64,000 bases of DNA from an uncultured Bacilli bacterium (lineage in GTDB: Bacteria > Bacillota_I > Bacilli_A > RF39 > UBA660). A program made the position numbers and the translations under genes. Shown here one piece after another: positions 1 through 9,138 of this stretch (position 1 is the first letter of the stretch; every line of letters starts with the position of its first letter). The stretch is taken from contig CALVKN010000001.1 of assembly GCA_944332715.1 (NCBI GenBank), positions 13,415 to 77,414 on the forward strand, read 5' to 3'. Below the pieces are notes generated by a model. The model ran no database searches and had not been told where the DNA came from. It worked only from the letters and a program-made list of their open reading frames with translations.

Positions 1-214
1 CAGAACCACTATTAATACTAATTCTACCATCAGTACCAATCCAAACTTCACCATTAAAAGTTATTTCTTCACCAGCATTAATTGTATAACCAGCATCAGA
101 CATTACATCACCCATGATACTGCTAAATTCTGTTGCAGATACATTAGTGACACTAACCAATAATGTTACAACCAAGGTCATCATAATAATTAGTCCTTTT
201 TTCAAATTTCCCAT
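1..214 (-). CDS. secreted protein, N-terminal part only (gene continues beyond left edge)
   Basis: Hand-translated on the minus strand. GGAGG (221-225) lies 6 nt before ATG (212-214). MGNLKKGLIIMMTLVVTLLVSVTNVSA... looks like a signal peptide. The frame stays open to position 1. Confidence 0.5.
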   Translation of the reverse strand, partial: MGNLKKGLIIMMTLVVTLLVSVTNVSATEFSSIMGDVMSDAGYTINAGEEITFNGEVWIGTDGRISINSGS

Positions 215-367
215 CGTTAACCTCCTTTCTATTATAATATTACCATATTTACCGATTTCTATCAAAGAAAAAAGCATTACTTTTGAAGTGATATAATAAA
301 TGTAGACAGTGTAAAAAAGACACAGTCTACATTTTTTTGTTATTATAAATAAAAAGGAGGATATTTT

Positions 368-730
368 ATGAAAAAAAATAATATGAAAACACCAGAAGAA
401 AAGGAAATAATTGTAAAACGATATATAAATGGTGAATCAGCCACAAAATTGGCAAATGAATTTAATGTTGCTAGAAGACAAATTTATCATTGGATAAAAA
501 AATATGAAGAAAAAGGATTAGATGGTTTAATATCAAATACTGGTAAAGCATCTACTAGCCATAAAAATATGGGATTGTATTTAAGAAAACCACAATCAAG
601 AGAGGAAGAATTAGAAATAGAATTAATGAAGAAAGATATTGAGATAGCTCGATTAAAAAAAGGCTACGAAGTGAAAGGAGTTGGTCCAAAAAAGGAATTC
701 GTTACTACATTCGAGAAGAATACAAAATAA
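368..730 (+). CDS. IS3-family transposase OrfA (HTH DNA-binding part)
   Basis: KRYINGESATKLANEFNVARRQIYHWIKKY is an HTH. A coiled-coil/leucine-zipper-like tail follows. RBS AGGAGG is upstream. Confidence 0.85.
   Translation: MKKNNMKTPEEKEIIVKRYINGESATKLANEFNVARRQIYHWIKKYEEKGLDGLISNTGKASTSHKNMGLYLRKPQSREEELEIELMKKDIEIARLKKGYEVKGVGPKKEFVTTFEKNTK
688..694 (+). promoter_or_regulatory. programmed -1 ribosomal frameshift heptamer A_AAA_AAG
   Basis: In the orfA frame the codons are cc(A) AAA AAG. The orfB frame (-1) is open from 688 and reads KKGIRYYIREEYKIIDEYKNKYSVKLLCEYMSVSRSGYYKW, joining the track ORF at 778. Confidence 0.7.
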
Positions 731-777
731 TAGATGAATATAAAAATAAGTATTCTGTAAAGTTATTATGTGAATAT

Positions 778-1587
778 ATGTCTGTGAGTAGATCTGGTTA
801 TTATAAATGGAAATATAGACAAAATAATCCAACATTAAAAATGATATCAAGACAATCAGATATAGATTTAATAAAAGAAATACATAAGAAACATCCTTCT
901 CATGGCTATAGGTGGATAAATGCCTATGCTAGAAATAAATATGGTGTAGTATGGTCTGATAATCATGTTCATTTGTGTTGTAAATATGAAAATATTAAAT
1001 CACAAGGTAAACATTATCAATGGAAAAAACCTGATGAAGAACATGAAAAATTTAATAATCTTGTATGGAATGGTTGGAAATATTTAAGTAGACCATATGA
1101 AGTAATTGTGTCTGATATGACTGCTTTTAAAGTTAAAGGGGTTTATTATGAACTTACTTTATATTTTGATGCTTGGAATAAAGAAATAATTGGGTATGGA
1201 TTAGTTTCTCGTAAAGGTAATACTAAATCGTATTATGATGGCTTAAATCAAGTTTTAAGCAAAATAAAAGAAGAACAAATTGAAGAACCTATAATCTTAC
1301 ATACAGATCAAGGAGCTGTTTATTCTTCTGCTAGTTATAACAATCTTCTAAATGAATTTAATATTCAAAGATCCATGTCTAGAGCTGGAACTCCTACAGA
1401 CAACCCCGTTAATGAATCATTAAACGGATGGATTAAAGAAGAATTGTTTATTGACTTTGATTTAAAGCATTCTAATGATGTTTCAAATCTGATAAAATTA
1501 TACATTAATTATTATAATTATGAAAGACCTAGTTATGCATTAAATTATAAAACCCCAATCCAATATAAAATTGAATCAGGGTTTTAA
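778..1587 (+). CDS. IS3-family transposase OrfB (DDE integrase core). Probably made as an OrfAB fusion from 688.
   Basis: D in VSDMTAF, D in LHTDQG, and E in PVNES 35 residues after the second D (DD35E spacing counted by hand). Confidence 0.85.
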   Translation: MSVSRSGYYKWKYRQNNPTLKMISRQSDIDLIKEIHKKHPSHGYRWINAYARNKYGVVWSDNHVHLCCKYENIKSQGKHYQWKKPDEEHEKFNNLVWNGWKYLSRPYEVIVSDMTAFKVKGVYYELTLYFDAWNKEIIGYGLVSRKGNTKSYYDGLNQVLSKIKEEQIEEPIILHTDQGAVYSSASYNNLLNEFNIQRSMSRAGTPTDNPVNESLNGWIKEELFIDFDLKHSNDVSNLIKLYINYYNYERPSYALNYKTPIQYKIESGF

Positions 1588-1638
1588 GTGTATTTTTTAC
1601 TGTCTACTTTTTCTTGACTAGTGCACTTTCGTAACACT

Positions 1639-1884
1639 TTAATATGCATCAATATTTATTTTTACTTTATTTAATCCTTTAGCTAAAGCAAATGCTTGAA
1701 TAACTGTTCTTAAACTACTTGCGTTCTTACCATTTCTTCCAATAATATTTTTCATTTCTGATTCTGGAACAATTATTTCAATTATTTGGGTATCTTCATC
1801 CGAATCAAAAGCTTCAACTTTTACTAAATCTGGTTCTTTAACTAAAGATTTAACTAAAAAATCTGTAAATTCAACTATATTCAT
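1639..1884 (-). CDS. khpA: KH-domain RNA-binding protein (KhpA/YlqC family)
   Basis: 81 aa with the GxxG motif IGRNGKNASSLRTVI. Lies immediately downstream of rpsP, as in Bacillus. Confidence 0.75.
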   Translation of the reverse strand: MNIVEFTDFLVKSLVKEPDLVKVEAFDSDEDTQIIEIIVPESEMKNIIGRNGKNASSLRTVIQAFALAKGLNKVKINIDAY

Positions 1885-1886
1885 AT

Positions 1887-2159
1887 TTATTTACCCTTTT
1901 TTGATTCATTGAATTCTTTTAAAATTCCTTCATTTTTAAGAAGGGTTCTAACAGTATCAGTAGGTTCTGCACCATTATTTAACCATTTTAATGCTATTTC
2001 TTTATCAATCTTTACTTCTGCTGGATTTAAAACAGGATTATAAGTCCCAACAGTTTCAATAAAGCGTCCATCTCTTGGGCTTCTTGAATCAGCAGCAACT
2101 ATTCTATAAAATGGTTTTTGTTTAGCTCCCATTCTTTTTAATCTTAGTTTAACAGCCAT
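1887..2159 (-). CDS. rpsP: 30S ribosomal protein S16
   Basis: [35 protein letters not shown]. The start is moved to the internal ATG preceded by AAGGAGGAG (the track ORF begins 18 nt upstream). Confidence 0.95.
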   Translation of the reverse strand: MAVKLRLKRMGAKQKPFYRIVAADSRSPRDGRFIETVGTYNPVLNPAEVKIDKEIALKWLNNGAEPTDTVRTLLKNEGILKEFNESKKGK

Positions 2160-2240
2160 ATTCCACTCCTCCTTCATTTAAACTATTAATAATTTATCAT
2201 AATTAATAATGTGTGTCAATAATAAATGGTTGACACATGA

Positions 2241-2798
2241 CTATTTTGTCATATTTTTTAGTTTTTCTACATCAATCCAATATCTTTTATAACGAGTTCC
2301 TTTTTTCTCAGTTGTATTTTCATATTCACCCATGCATTTTTTTATTGTTTTTGCACTTATTATGTTATCTTCAACGCATGTTAATAATACATGATTTATA
2401 TTCATTTGCGAGCATTTTTCTAATGCTTTCAGCAACTGAATTGTTCCGTATCCTTTACCTCTTTGGCTAGGCCTAATTGATTGTCCAATATGTCCACCAT
2501 AATTTAATAAAAATTCTGTTAATTCATGGCGAATATTACATATACCAATAACTTTATTATCAGCAACTCTTACACATAAATAAGTTGATGATGGCACATA
2601 TCCATCAGGTAAATTAATTCCTTTTTCTTCATCCTCTTTTTCTTGTAACCATTCTTCATAAGTATTACTTTTTTCTAAACGAGACATCCCCGCATATTGC
2701 CAGTGCATCCCTTCATCAGCAACTCTTACTTCTTCTAGAAAAGACATAACATCATCTTTATATTCTAAAGATGGTTCTACTAATACAACTTCATCCAT
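2241..2798 (-). CDS. GNAT-family N-acetyltransferase
   Basis: 185 aa with an acetyl-CoA-binding-like motif (SIRPSQRGKGYGTIQL). Confidence 0.7.
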   Translation of the reverse strand: MDEVVLVEPSLEYKDDVMSFLEEVRVADEGMHWQYAGMSRLEKSNTYEEWLQEKEDEEKGINLPDGYVPSSTYLCVRVADNKVIGICNIRHELTEFLLNYGGHIGQSIRPSQRGKGYGTIQLLKALEKCSQMNINHVLLTCVEDNIISAKTIKKCMGEYENTTEKKGTRYKRYWIDVEKLKNMTK

Positions 2799-3011
2799 AA
2801 CGCATCTCCTTTAAAATAACTTACCATAATTAACATCATCTGTCAACGTAGTTTGATTGACATTTAATATATTAATAAAATCGGTTAAAAAACCGATTTT
2901 AATTCATACATTCAAAATATTAACTAGATACTTAGCTAAGCAATATCTTCATCCATATACATGATTTACCTCCACAATAAATATATCACAAATTTTGTTT
3001 TTTTAAAATAA

Positions 3012-3548
3012 TTAATTTGCTGTTTCATTTAAATAATTTTCATCAATTTCATTTAATACATCATCATCAACTTCATCATATATTTCATCGTAATCATCAA
3101 AAGTATCTTCCACACTTATTTTTACCTTGGTATCTCCAACAATTTCTACACCCATTTCTTTTTCGATTTCCAAATTCACATTAGCACCATCGACACTAAC
3201 ATTAGCAACTGTTGGCTGACGAAGACATCTAACAATTATTTCTGAGGTATCAGTTATATCATGATCATCCTTTAAAGGAATATTCATAGTATCGCTATAA
3301 GAAAAATTCTTTGTAGTAACTGCTGTAGATTTATCGTTATTATATGAATACCAAACATTAACATCAAAAGAGCCTGTAACTAAAACACTACCATTTGCAT
3401 TATTTGTTCCACTAAATTTATGGTTAATTACCCAACAACCCAATACTGTATTTGGCATTTCTTCTGGAGTTAATGAAAAACTATTACTGCTACTTTTCTT
3501 TGCTTTACCAATTACTGCCTTAGTTACTATTTCTTTAAAACTAGACAT
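3012..3548 (-). CDS. cotE: outer spore coat morphogenetic protein CotE
   Basis: The N-terminus FKEIVTKAVIGKAKK...VLGCWVINHKF...DVNVWYSY and the acidic C-terminal tail follow the B. subtilis CotE pattern (from memory). Confidence 0.8.
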   Translation of the reverse strand: MSSFKEIVTKAVIGKAKKSSSNSFSLTPEEMPNTVLGCWVINHKFSGTNNANGSVLVTGSFDVNVWYSYNNDKSTAVTTKNFSYSDTMNIPLKDDHDITDTSEIIVRCLRQPTVANVSVDGANVNLEIEKEMGVEIVGDTKVKISVEDTFDDYDEIYDEVDDDVLNEIDENYLNETAN

Positions 3549-3652
3549 TAAATCACCTTCCTAATTAAATATATGCAACAACTAGACAATTGTACACACA
3601 AAGATTGTTGCTATTAACTAACTTAAATGTTAAAATTAAGTTGGTGATATAA

Positions 3653-4027
3653 ATGAAAGAAGATTGTTTATTTTGTAAAATTGCAGCTCACAAGGAAGAG
3701 TCTAAAATACTTTACGAAGATGATGAAGTGATGGTCATAATGGATGCATACCCAGATACTGATGGACATACATTAGTAATTCCTAAAAAACACTTCGAAG
3801 ATATATATAGTATTGATCCTGATTTACTGTTAAAAATTATTGATACTGGTAAGAAATATGCTACAAAGTTAATGACTACCTTAGATAAAAATGCCCTAAC
3901 TTTTGTAGTAAATTATGGAGATGCCCAAGTAATTAAACATTTTCACCTCCATTTGCTACCAGATTTTATGCATAAAACTCATGAACTAAGTAGTGAAGAA
4001 ATATATAATAAAATAATGAAGGATTAA
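3653..4027 (+). CDS. HIT-family (histidine triad) nucleotide hydrolase
   Basis: HFHLHLLP histidine-triad motif, 124 aa. Confidence 0.85.
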   Translation: MKEDCLFCKIAAHKEESKILYEDDEVMVIMDAYPDTDGHTLVIPKKHFEDIYSIDPDLLLKIIDTGKKYATKLMTTLDKNALTFVVNYGDAQVIKHFHLHLLPDFMHKTHELSSEEIYNKIMKD

Positions 4028-4029
4028 TT

Positions 4030-5262
4030 ATGGCTAGAAGTAGAAAAAAAAGATTAAAGAAAAAAGCCCTATTTACTTTAATTTTAGTTTTAGTAATAGG
4101 TATCGGAGCATATTTTGGTATCAGACAAATATTTAACAATGATACCCAAAATAACAATACTAATAATAATAATAATAATAATGGTAGCAATGTAAGTAAA
4201 GAAGAACCTCAAGATGAAGTATATGAATTAAGTATGATTGCAACTGGTGATGCCCTAATTCATAATGCCGTTTTTTTCTCATATGAACAAGGTTACCGTG
4301 GCAGTGGCATTTATAACTTCGATGGTGCCTTAGATTACGTAAGAGATATAGTAAAAAAATATGATATTGCATATTATAATCAAGAAACTCCTTTTGCGGG
4401 TGGAGAAGCTGATGGCTATCCAATGTTTTCCACTCCATCAGAATTTGGAGATGCAATGATTAAAGCAGGATTTAATATGATTTCTACTGCTACCAATCAT
4501 ACAATTGATAAAGGTGAAAACGGTATACTTAATTTCTACAATTATTTAAAAGAACAAAATGGCATTGTTTTTAATGGGATTTCTGATAGTGAAGAACATA
4601 GAACCTCCTATAGTATAGGAGAAAAAAATAACATTACTTATGCGATGCTTTCCTATACTACTTCCACAAATGGCTTATCAGTTCCATCTGGCAAAAGTTA
4701 TTTAGTCAATGTCTATGATGAAGAACAAGTAAAAGAAGATATTGAAGCTATTCGTGATAAAGTTGATGTCTTAATTGTAGCGATGCACTGGGGTGTTGAA
4801 TATGCATCAACTCCTAATGATAGCCAAGAAGAAATTGCTGAATATCTAGCAAGTCTTGATGTCGACATTATTTTAGGAGCTCATCCCCATATTTTACAAC
4901 CAATAACTTGGATTGATGATACCCTAGTAATGTATTCTTTAGGTAATTTTATATCTAATCAATATGGAACAGATGACTATAATAAACTTGTAGGATTTAT
5001 GGCTACCCTTGATATAACAAAAACTGTTACACCTGATGGAGAAGTAACAATTGATATCGATAATCTTGGTGGTGAATTAATATTTACTAAATATAATGGT
5101 AATCCAATTACTACCGCTAATCACGATGGCCATGTAGTAATACCATTTAGTATCATGACTGATGATACTTACCTTAGTGATTATGAGAGAATATACGGAA
5201 AATACACTGGTATTCTAGAAAGTATGGGAACCGATTTAAATATTACTCCCCTACCGGCATAA
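4030..5262 (+). CDS. CapA-family (PGA_cap metallophosphatase-like) membrane-anchored protein
   Basis: N-terminal TM segment, MHWGVEY and LGAHPHILQP motifs. Contains an Asn run encoded by (AAT)n at about 4160-4185. Confidence 0.8.
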   Translation: MARSRKKRLKKKALFTLILVLVIGIGAYFGIRQIFNNDTQNNNTNNNNNNNGSNVSKEEPQDEVYELSMIATGDALIHNAVFFSYEQGYRGSGIYNFDGALDYVRDIVKKYDIAYYNQETPFAGGEADGYPMFSTPSEFGDAMIKAGFNMISTATNHTIDKGENGILNFYNYLKEQNGIVFNGISDSEEHRTSYSIGEKNNITYAMLSYTTSTNGLSVPSGKSYLVNVYDEEQVKEDIEAIRDKVDVLIVAMHWGVEYASTPNDSQEEIAEYLASLDVDIILGAHPHILQPITWIDDTLVMYSLGNFISNQYGTDDYNKLVGFMATLDITKTVTPDGEVTIDIDNLGGELIFTKYNGNPITTANHDGHVVIPFSIMTDDTYLSDYERIYGKYTGILESMGTDLNITPLPA

Positions 5263-5285
5263 AGTGCAAATTTTGCACTTTTTTT
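5261..5285 (+). terminator. Rho-independent terminator after the capA-like gene
   Basis: AAAGTGCAAA-TTTTGCACTT hairpin followed by a T-run. Confidence 0.6.
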
Positions 5286-5289
5286 AATG

Positions 5290-5760
5290 TGAAAAATTAT
5301 AATTTTCGCTGTTGTATTCATAAGTTAATCCTCCTAATAATTCACCTGCTTTATTTAAGGAAATAATATTTTTTCTATCTAATTGATATACTAATTTTTT
5401 AAATTGATTAGAATATTCTGGTGTAATAGGTTCTGGATTATTTTTAGTAATAATCGTATTAAACTTAACATCTTATATACATATTCTGAAATTATATTTA
5501 AATCTTTTAATCTATATATTATTGCATTATAACTTACTTCATATTCTTCCTTATAAGTAATCTCTTACTTTATTTAAAATTATATTTTTTTAAATATCTA
5601 ATCTTTTCCCAATTAACTTTTTTTCTTTCGGAATGAATTAAAACTCATTTTAGGAAGTTTCTTAAATTGTAATAAATCTTTAACATTAACTTGATATAAT
5701 TTGGCAAACTCGATTAATCTTTTCGAATCCTCTTTCGGTTTACATCATAAAAATTCCTAT
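5290..5760 (-). pseudogene. remnant of an XRE-HTH / ImmA(IrrE)-like gene, with multiple stops
   Basis: Minus-strand fragments in different frames: DSKRLIEFAKLYQVNVKDLLQF (end of an HTH_XRE domain) and EEYEVSYNAIIYRLKDLNIISEYVYKML (ImmA-like C-terminus). No intact ORF. Confidence 0.4.
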
Positions 5761-5904
5761 TTTTAGATTGCGTTATATAAAAAGACCAGCAGTGCTTATA
5801 CGACTGAGTTAAAAATAACTCTTATATTCAAAATTGAATAAGTCATATAAGGCTAATATACCGGTCTTTATATAAGTTGTATTAACATTTTTCACAATAT
5901 TAGT

Positions 5905-6388
5905 CAATAAAACTTTTCATATTTTTTATATAATGAATTTGCTACTATATCTGCCCATTGAATTAAGTAACAACTTTCTGATTCTAAATAATTTACATTA
6001 AATTCAATTCTTTTTATTGTAGATTTTGTTTCTATATAAATATGGTTTTAACGATAGTCTATTACCGATTTTTACAGAGCGGTTATCCAAAAACAAATTT
6101 ATTTTTTCAACTTCTGGATATTTATCTACAATTTATTTTATCAATAATTGTACTAAATAATTAAAACAAGCATTTTTATCATCTGCCTTGGTTAACAACA
6201 TTGTTGTTTGCTTTAAATCTAATACAATATATCTTACTTTCTATTTAGATTAGAACCTTTTAATTCAACGTTTTTGGGGATATTATTTTTTTCTTTAAAT
6301 CTATTAATAACTCTCCCCGAACGTTTTGTAAGTGATTTTTAATATTTGAATCTACTTCTAAAGCACATACAAGAAAATATCTTCCCAT
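5905..6388 (-). pseudogene. decayed DUF3800-like gene (several frameshifts and stops)
   Basis: Minus-strand fragments: GRYFLVCALEVDSNIKNHLQNVRGELL, VELKGSNLNRK, ADDKNACFNYLVQLLI, DKYPEVEKINLFLDNRSVKIGN, and IEFNVNYLESESCYLIQWADIVANSLYKKYE (DUF3800-type C-terminal motif). Confidence 0.45.
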
Positions 6389-6521
6389 ACCATATTAGCA
6401 TCACTCTCTTTTTTAATAAATAATGCTTTCTATTACACTAGGAAAATAGTATAGTAACAAGCAAAATTAATAAAAAATGAAGTTTTTATAAGACTTTATT
6501 TATCTATTTAAATGGTTTTCA

Positions 6522-7808
6522 TTAACGTTCCCTAATTGCTTTAAATAGTTTACTCCACACCTTGCCACTTGAGTAATTTAGTATTCCTGCTTTATATACT
6601 TTTAAACCAAATTTTAACATTACATAAATAAATAATATAAGAACTACTAAAGATATTATCATATCAATTACAGTTACTTGCCCAAGTATAAATAATGTTG
6701 GTGAAATAAATACCGATAAGAATGGTAAATAAGAAATTATTCTAATAAATATTGATCCATCAAACATTGCTGCCATAATTGCTAAATAATATCCCGCTAA
6801 AGAAATAAGCATTATTGGTGTTTGCAACTGATTAAAGTCTTCAATATTTACAGTCATTGATGCAAGTATTCCAGCAACTAAAGCATATGCAACAAATGAT
6901 AAAATAATCATTACTATAGCAATTGGAATAACTATTATTAAAGATGAACCAATGCTAGATAAGTTAAGCATATCAAGTATACTTCCTACATCTACCATAC
7001 TACCTATCGATGCCCCACCTAATGCTAGACTAACTAAATACGCAATAACACAATATAAAATTAATAATATACCTTGTAAAATTACAAATAAATTACTTGC
7101 TAAAACTTTTGACATTAAATGCATCTTCGGAGAAACATTACCAATAATTATTTCCATACTTCTTGTAGTTTTTTCTTCACATATTTCTCCTCCAACCATT
7201 TGTACTAAAAATATGATTAACATAAAAAATGGCAAAATAAGTGTTGGGAATACCGTGCTCATAACCATATCCATATTTTCATCAGTATTATTTTCTTCAT
7301 TTAATATGGTTCTCTCAATTGTAATGTTACTTGAAATATTTGCTAAAACATTTGCATCAATTCCTTCACTCATCATACCTACTACACTTTTAGTAGAATT
7401 AAGTGCCTGTAAAATAATTTGATAAGTTAAAGAATCTATCTTTTCATTACTAATTAACTCACTAGTTAAATATTCTTCATTATCCCCATTTATAACTACT
7501 ATTAATTCATCATTACTTAAATTTTCCTTTATATCTTCAACATTTTCATTACCTAAAGTTATTTCAAAATCATCATCTTCATTTAGTGTTTCTAAATTTG
7601 CATCAAAAATATCATAAACAGATGCATTATCCACAACTATTAATTTTGTCTTAGAATCAAAATCTCCTCCGAAAAATTCAATAATAGTAGAAATATTAAA
7701 TAAAGCAACAATAAATATCAATAAAATGATATTAGTAATAATAAACCATTTAGATTTAGCTTTTTTATTAAAACTCATTTTTGTTAAATACCAAAACTTC
7801 TTATTCAT
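6522..7808 (-). CDS. ABC-2-type transporter permease (NatB/YhaP-like)
   Basis: N-terminal TM segment, a large extracytoplasmic loop and 5 C-terminal TM segments. The start is set to ATG 7808 (MNKKFWYL), which overlaps the upstream stop (ATGAATAA) and has a GGAGG RBS. Confidence 0.75.
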   Translation of the reverse strand: MNKKFWYLTKMSFNKKAKSKWFIITNIILLIFIVALFNISTIIEFFGGDFDSKTKLIVVDNASVYDIFDANLETLNEDDDFEITLGNENVEDIKENLSNDELIVVINGDNEEYLTSELISNEKIDSLTYQIILQALNSTKSVVGMMSEGIDANVLANISSNITIERTILNEENNTDENMDMVMSTVFPTLILPFFMLIIFLVQMVGGEICEEKTTRSMEIIIGNVSPKMHLMSKVLASNLFVILQGILLILYCVIAYLVSLALGGASIGSMVDVGSILDMLNLSSIGSSLIIVIPIAIVMIILSFVAYALVAGILASMTVNIEDFNQLQTPIMLISLAGYYLAIMAAMFDGSIFIRIISYLPFLSVFISPTLFILGQVTVIDMIISLVVLILFIYVMLKFGLKVYKAGILNYSSGKVWSKLFKAIRER

Positions 7809-8697
7809 GAATACCTCCGACTGCTTCAATAAATATCTCATTTAGTGATGCATCAGCAACATCATATTTTGTTACATCACCTTTTTTTACAATATTAAAT
7901 ATCTTCGGAGCAATACTTTTATCTTCCACTTTAATACAATATTCTCCTTGATTTTCAGTAACACTTATGACTCCTTTTATTTTCTTTATAGCATCAATTT
8001 CAATATTACTACCTTTAACCATTATATTTTTCTTTGCATAATTACTTTTTATATCACTAAGTTTTCCCTCAAGTATAGCATGCCCTTTAACTAGTAATAC
8101 CAACTTTTCACAAAAATCTTCAATATATTCCATTTGATGAGATGAAAATATAATTGAAGTTCCTTTCTTTTTCAAGTCATATATAGCATCTTTAATTAAT
8201 TTAACATTAATTGGATCAAGTCCTGTAAATGGCTCATCTAAAATAAGTAATTTTGGTTCATTAATAATCGCCGAAATAAATTGAATCTTTTGTTGATTAC
8301 CTTTAGATAATTCTTTAATCTTTCGCGTTTTATAAGAAGATATTTCAAATCTATCTAACCAATAATCAAGTCTTTTATCTATTTCTTCTTTCTCTAATCC
8401 TTTTAGTGTTCCATAAAATTCAATTTGTTCTTGGACACTTAATTTAGTAAGCAAACTTCTCTCTTCCGTAACAAAACCAATATGATCAGTTTCATTATAA
8501 TCGATTTTTTTTCCATCTAAAGTTACTTCTCCAGCGTTTGCCTCAAGTAATCCCATAATAATTCGAAATGTTGTTGTCTTACCAGCCCCATTTTCTCCAA
8601 GAAGGCCAAAAATCTCGCCATCAGCAACAGCAAATGACAAATTATCAACAGCAACATTTTTGCCATATTTTTTAGTTATATTTTTTACAATTAACAT
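7801..8697 (-). CDS. ABC transporter ATP-binding protein (NatA/YhaQ-like)
   Basis: Walker A GENGAGKTT, signature LSKGNQQK, Walker B LLILDEP. The start is at MLIVKNITKKYG, preceded by GGAGG. Confidence 0.9.
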   Translation of the reverse strand: MLIVKNITKKYGKNVAVDNLSFAVADGEIFGLLGENGAGKTTTFRIIMGLLEANAGEVTLDGKKIDYNETDHIGFVTEERSLLTKLSVQEQIEFYGTLKGLEKEEIDKRLDYWLDRFEISSYKTRKIKELSKGNQQKIQFISAIINEPKLLILDEPFTGLDPINVKLIKDAIYDLKKKGTSIIFSSHQMEYIEDFCEKLVLLVKGHAILEGKLSDIKSNYAKKNIMVKGSNIEIDAIKKIKGVISVTENQGEYCIKVEDKSIAPKIFNIVKKGDVTKYDVADASLNEIFIEAVGGIHE

Positions 8698-8758
8698 ATA
8701 ATACCTCCACAAAAATATTATATCTTAAAAAAACTTTAAAAAAAAGAGGTAACCCTCT

Positions 8759-8884
8759 TTAATAAAATGCTCCGCCCCAAATGATAGCAAGTAGAATAAA
8801 TAATATTAATACAACAAAAGCATAGTTTGCTGTAAATCCACTATTGCCACCACATGGATCGCAGTTATTTTTTGGACAACTCAT
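8759..8884 (-). CDS. tiny TM protein, YjcZ-family (sporulation) like, 41 aa
   Basis: Not in the ORF track. GGGAGG RBS. MSCPKNNCDPCGGNSGFTANYAFVVLILFILLAIIWGGAFY. A terminator (AAAGAGGGTTACCTCTTTTTTTT on the minus strand) follows. Confidence 0.6.
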   Translation of the reverse strand: MSCPKNNCDPCGGNSGFTANYAFVVLILFILLAIIWGGAFY

Positions 8885-8906
8885 TTTTAAACCTCCCTTA
8901 ATCTAT

Positions 8907-8993
8907 TTAAATAAAGGCCCCTACTATAATTATTAAAAGAATAAATAATACTAAAATTATAGCAGCTCCTAGGCCATTTCCACAATGATTCAT
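8907..8993 (-). CDS. tiny TM protein, YjcZ-family like, 28 aa
   Basis: Not in the ORF track. GGAGGAAAG RBS. MNHCGNGLGAAIILVLFILLIIIVGAFI shares the VLFILLxI(I/V)xGA core with its neighbour. Confidence 0.6.
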   Translation of the reverse strand: MNHCGNGLGAAIILVLFILLIIIVGAFI

Positions 8994-9138
8994 AAAACTT
9001 TCCTCCTTTTATTTGTCTTTTCATTAGTATCTTATGGGAAGTTTAAATAAATGTGCGTGCTTTTTTCCGTGAAACTAATATGAATTTCTTGTATTTAAAT
9101 ATAATTCTTGCTATAATATTTCTGGAAAAGGAGATATT

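Larger units (their letters stand above)
301..1608 (+). mobile_element. IS3-family insertion sequence (orfA/orfB with -1 frameshift), apparently intact
   Basis: Imperfect terminal inverted repeats: TGTAGACAGTGTAAAAAAGACAC (301-323) against the reverse complement of 1588-1608 (AGTAGACAGTAAAAAATACAC). Two overlapping-phase ORFs with an HTH and a DDE domain. No clear target-site duplication seen. Confidence 0.85.

Noticed and set aside
114-296. 60-aa + strand ORF at the left edge
   Set aside because: It lies antisense to a minus-strand ORF that has a clear RBS and signal peptide. Its own translation is low-complexity.
2940-2966. 7-codon ORF (MYMDEDIA) with a strong SD (GGAGGT) between cotE and its terminator
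   Set aside because: It is too short to evaluate. There is no evidence of attenuation logic, since the terminator follows regardless. It is probably fortuitous.
4150-4190. (AAT)n run encoding poly-Asn in the CapA-like protein, and track ORFs 3966-4190 and 4160-4456 on the opposite strand
   Set aside because: This is a simple in-frame trinucleotide repeat in a linker after the TM anchor. The opposite-strand ORFs are artefacts. It may be length-variable but is not otherwise notable.
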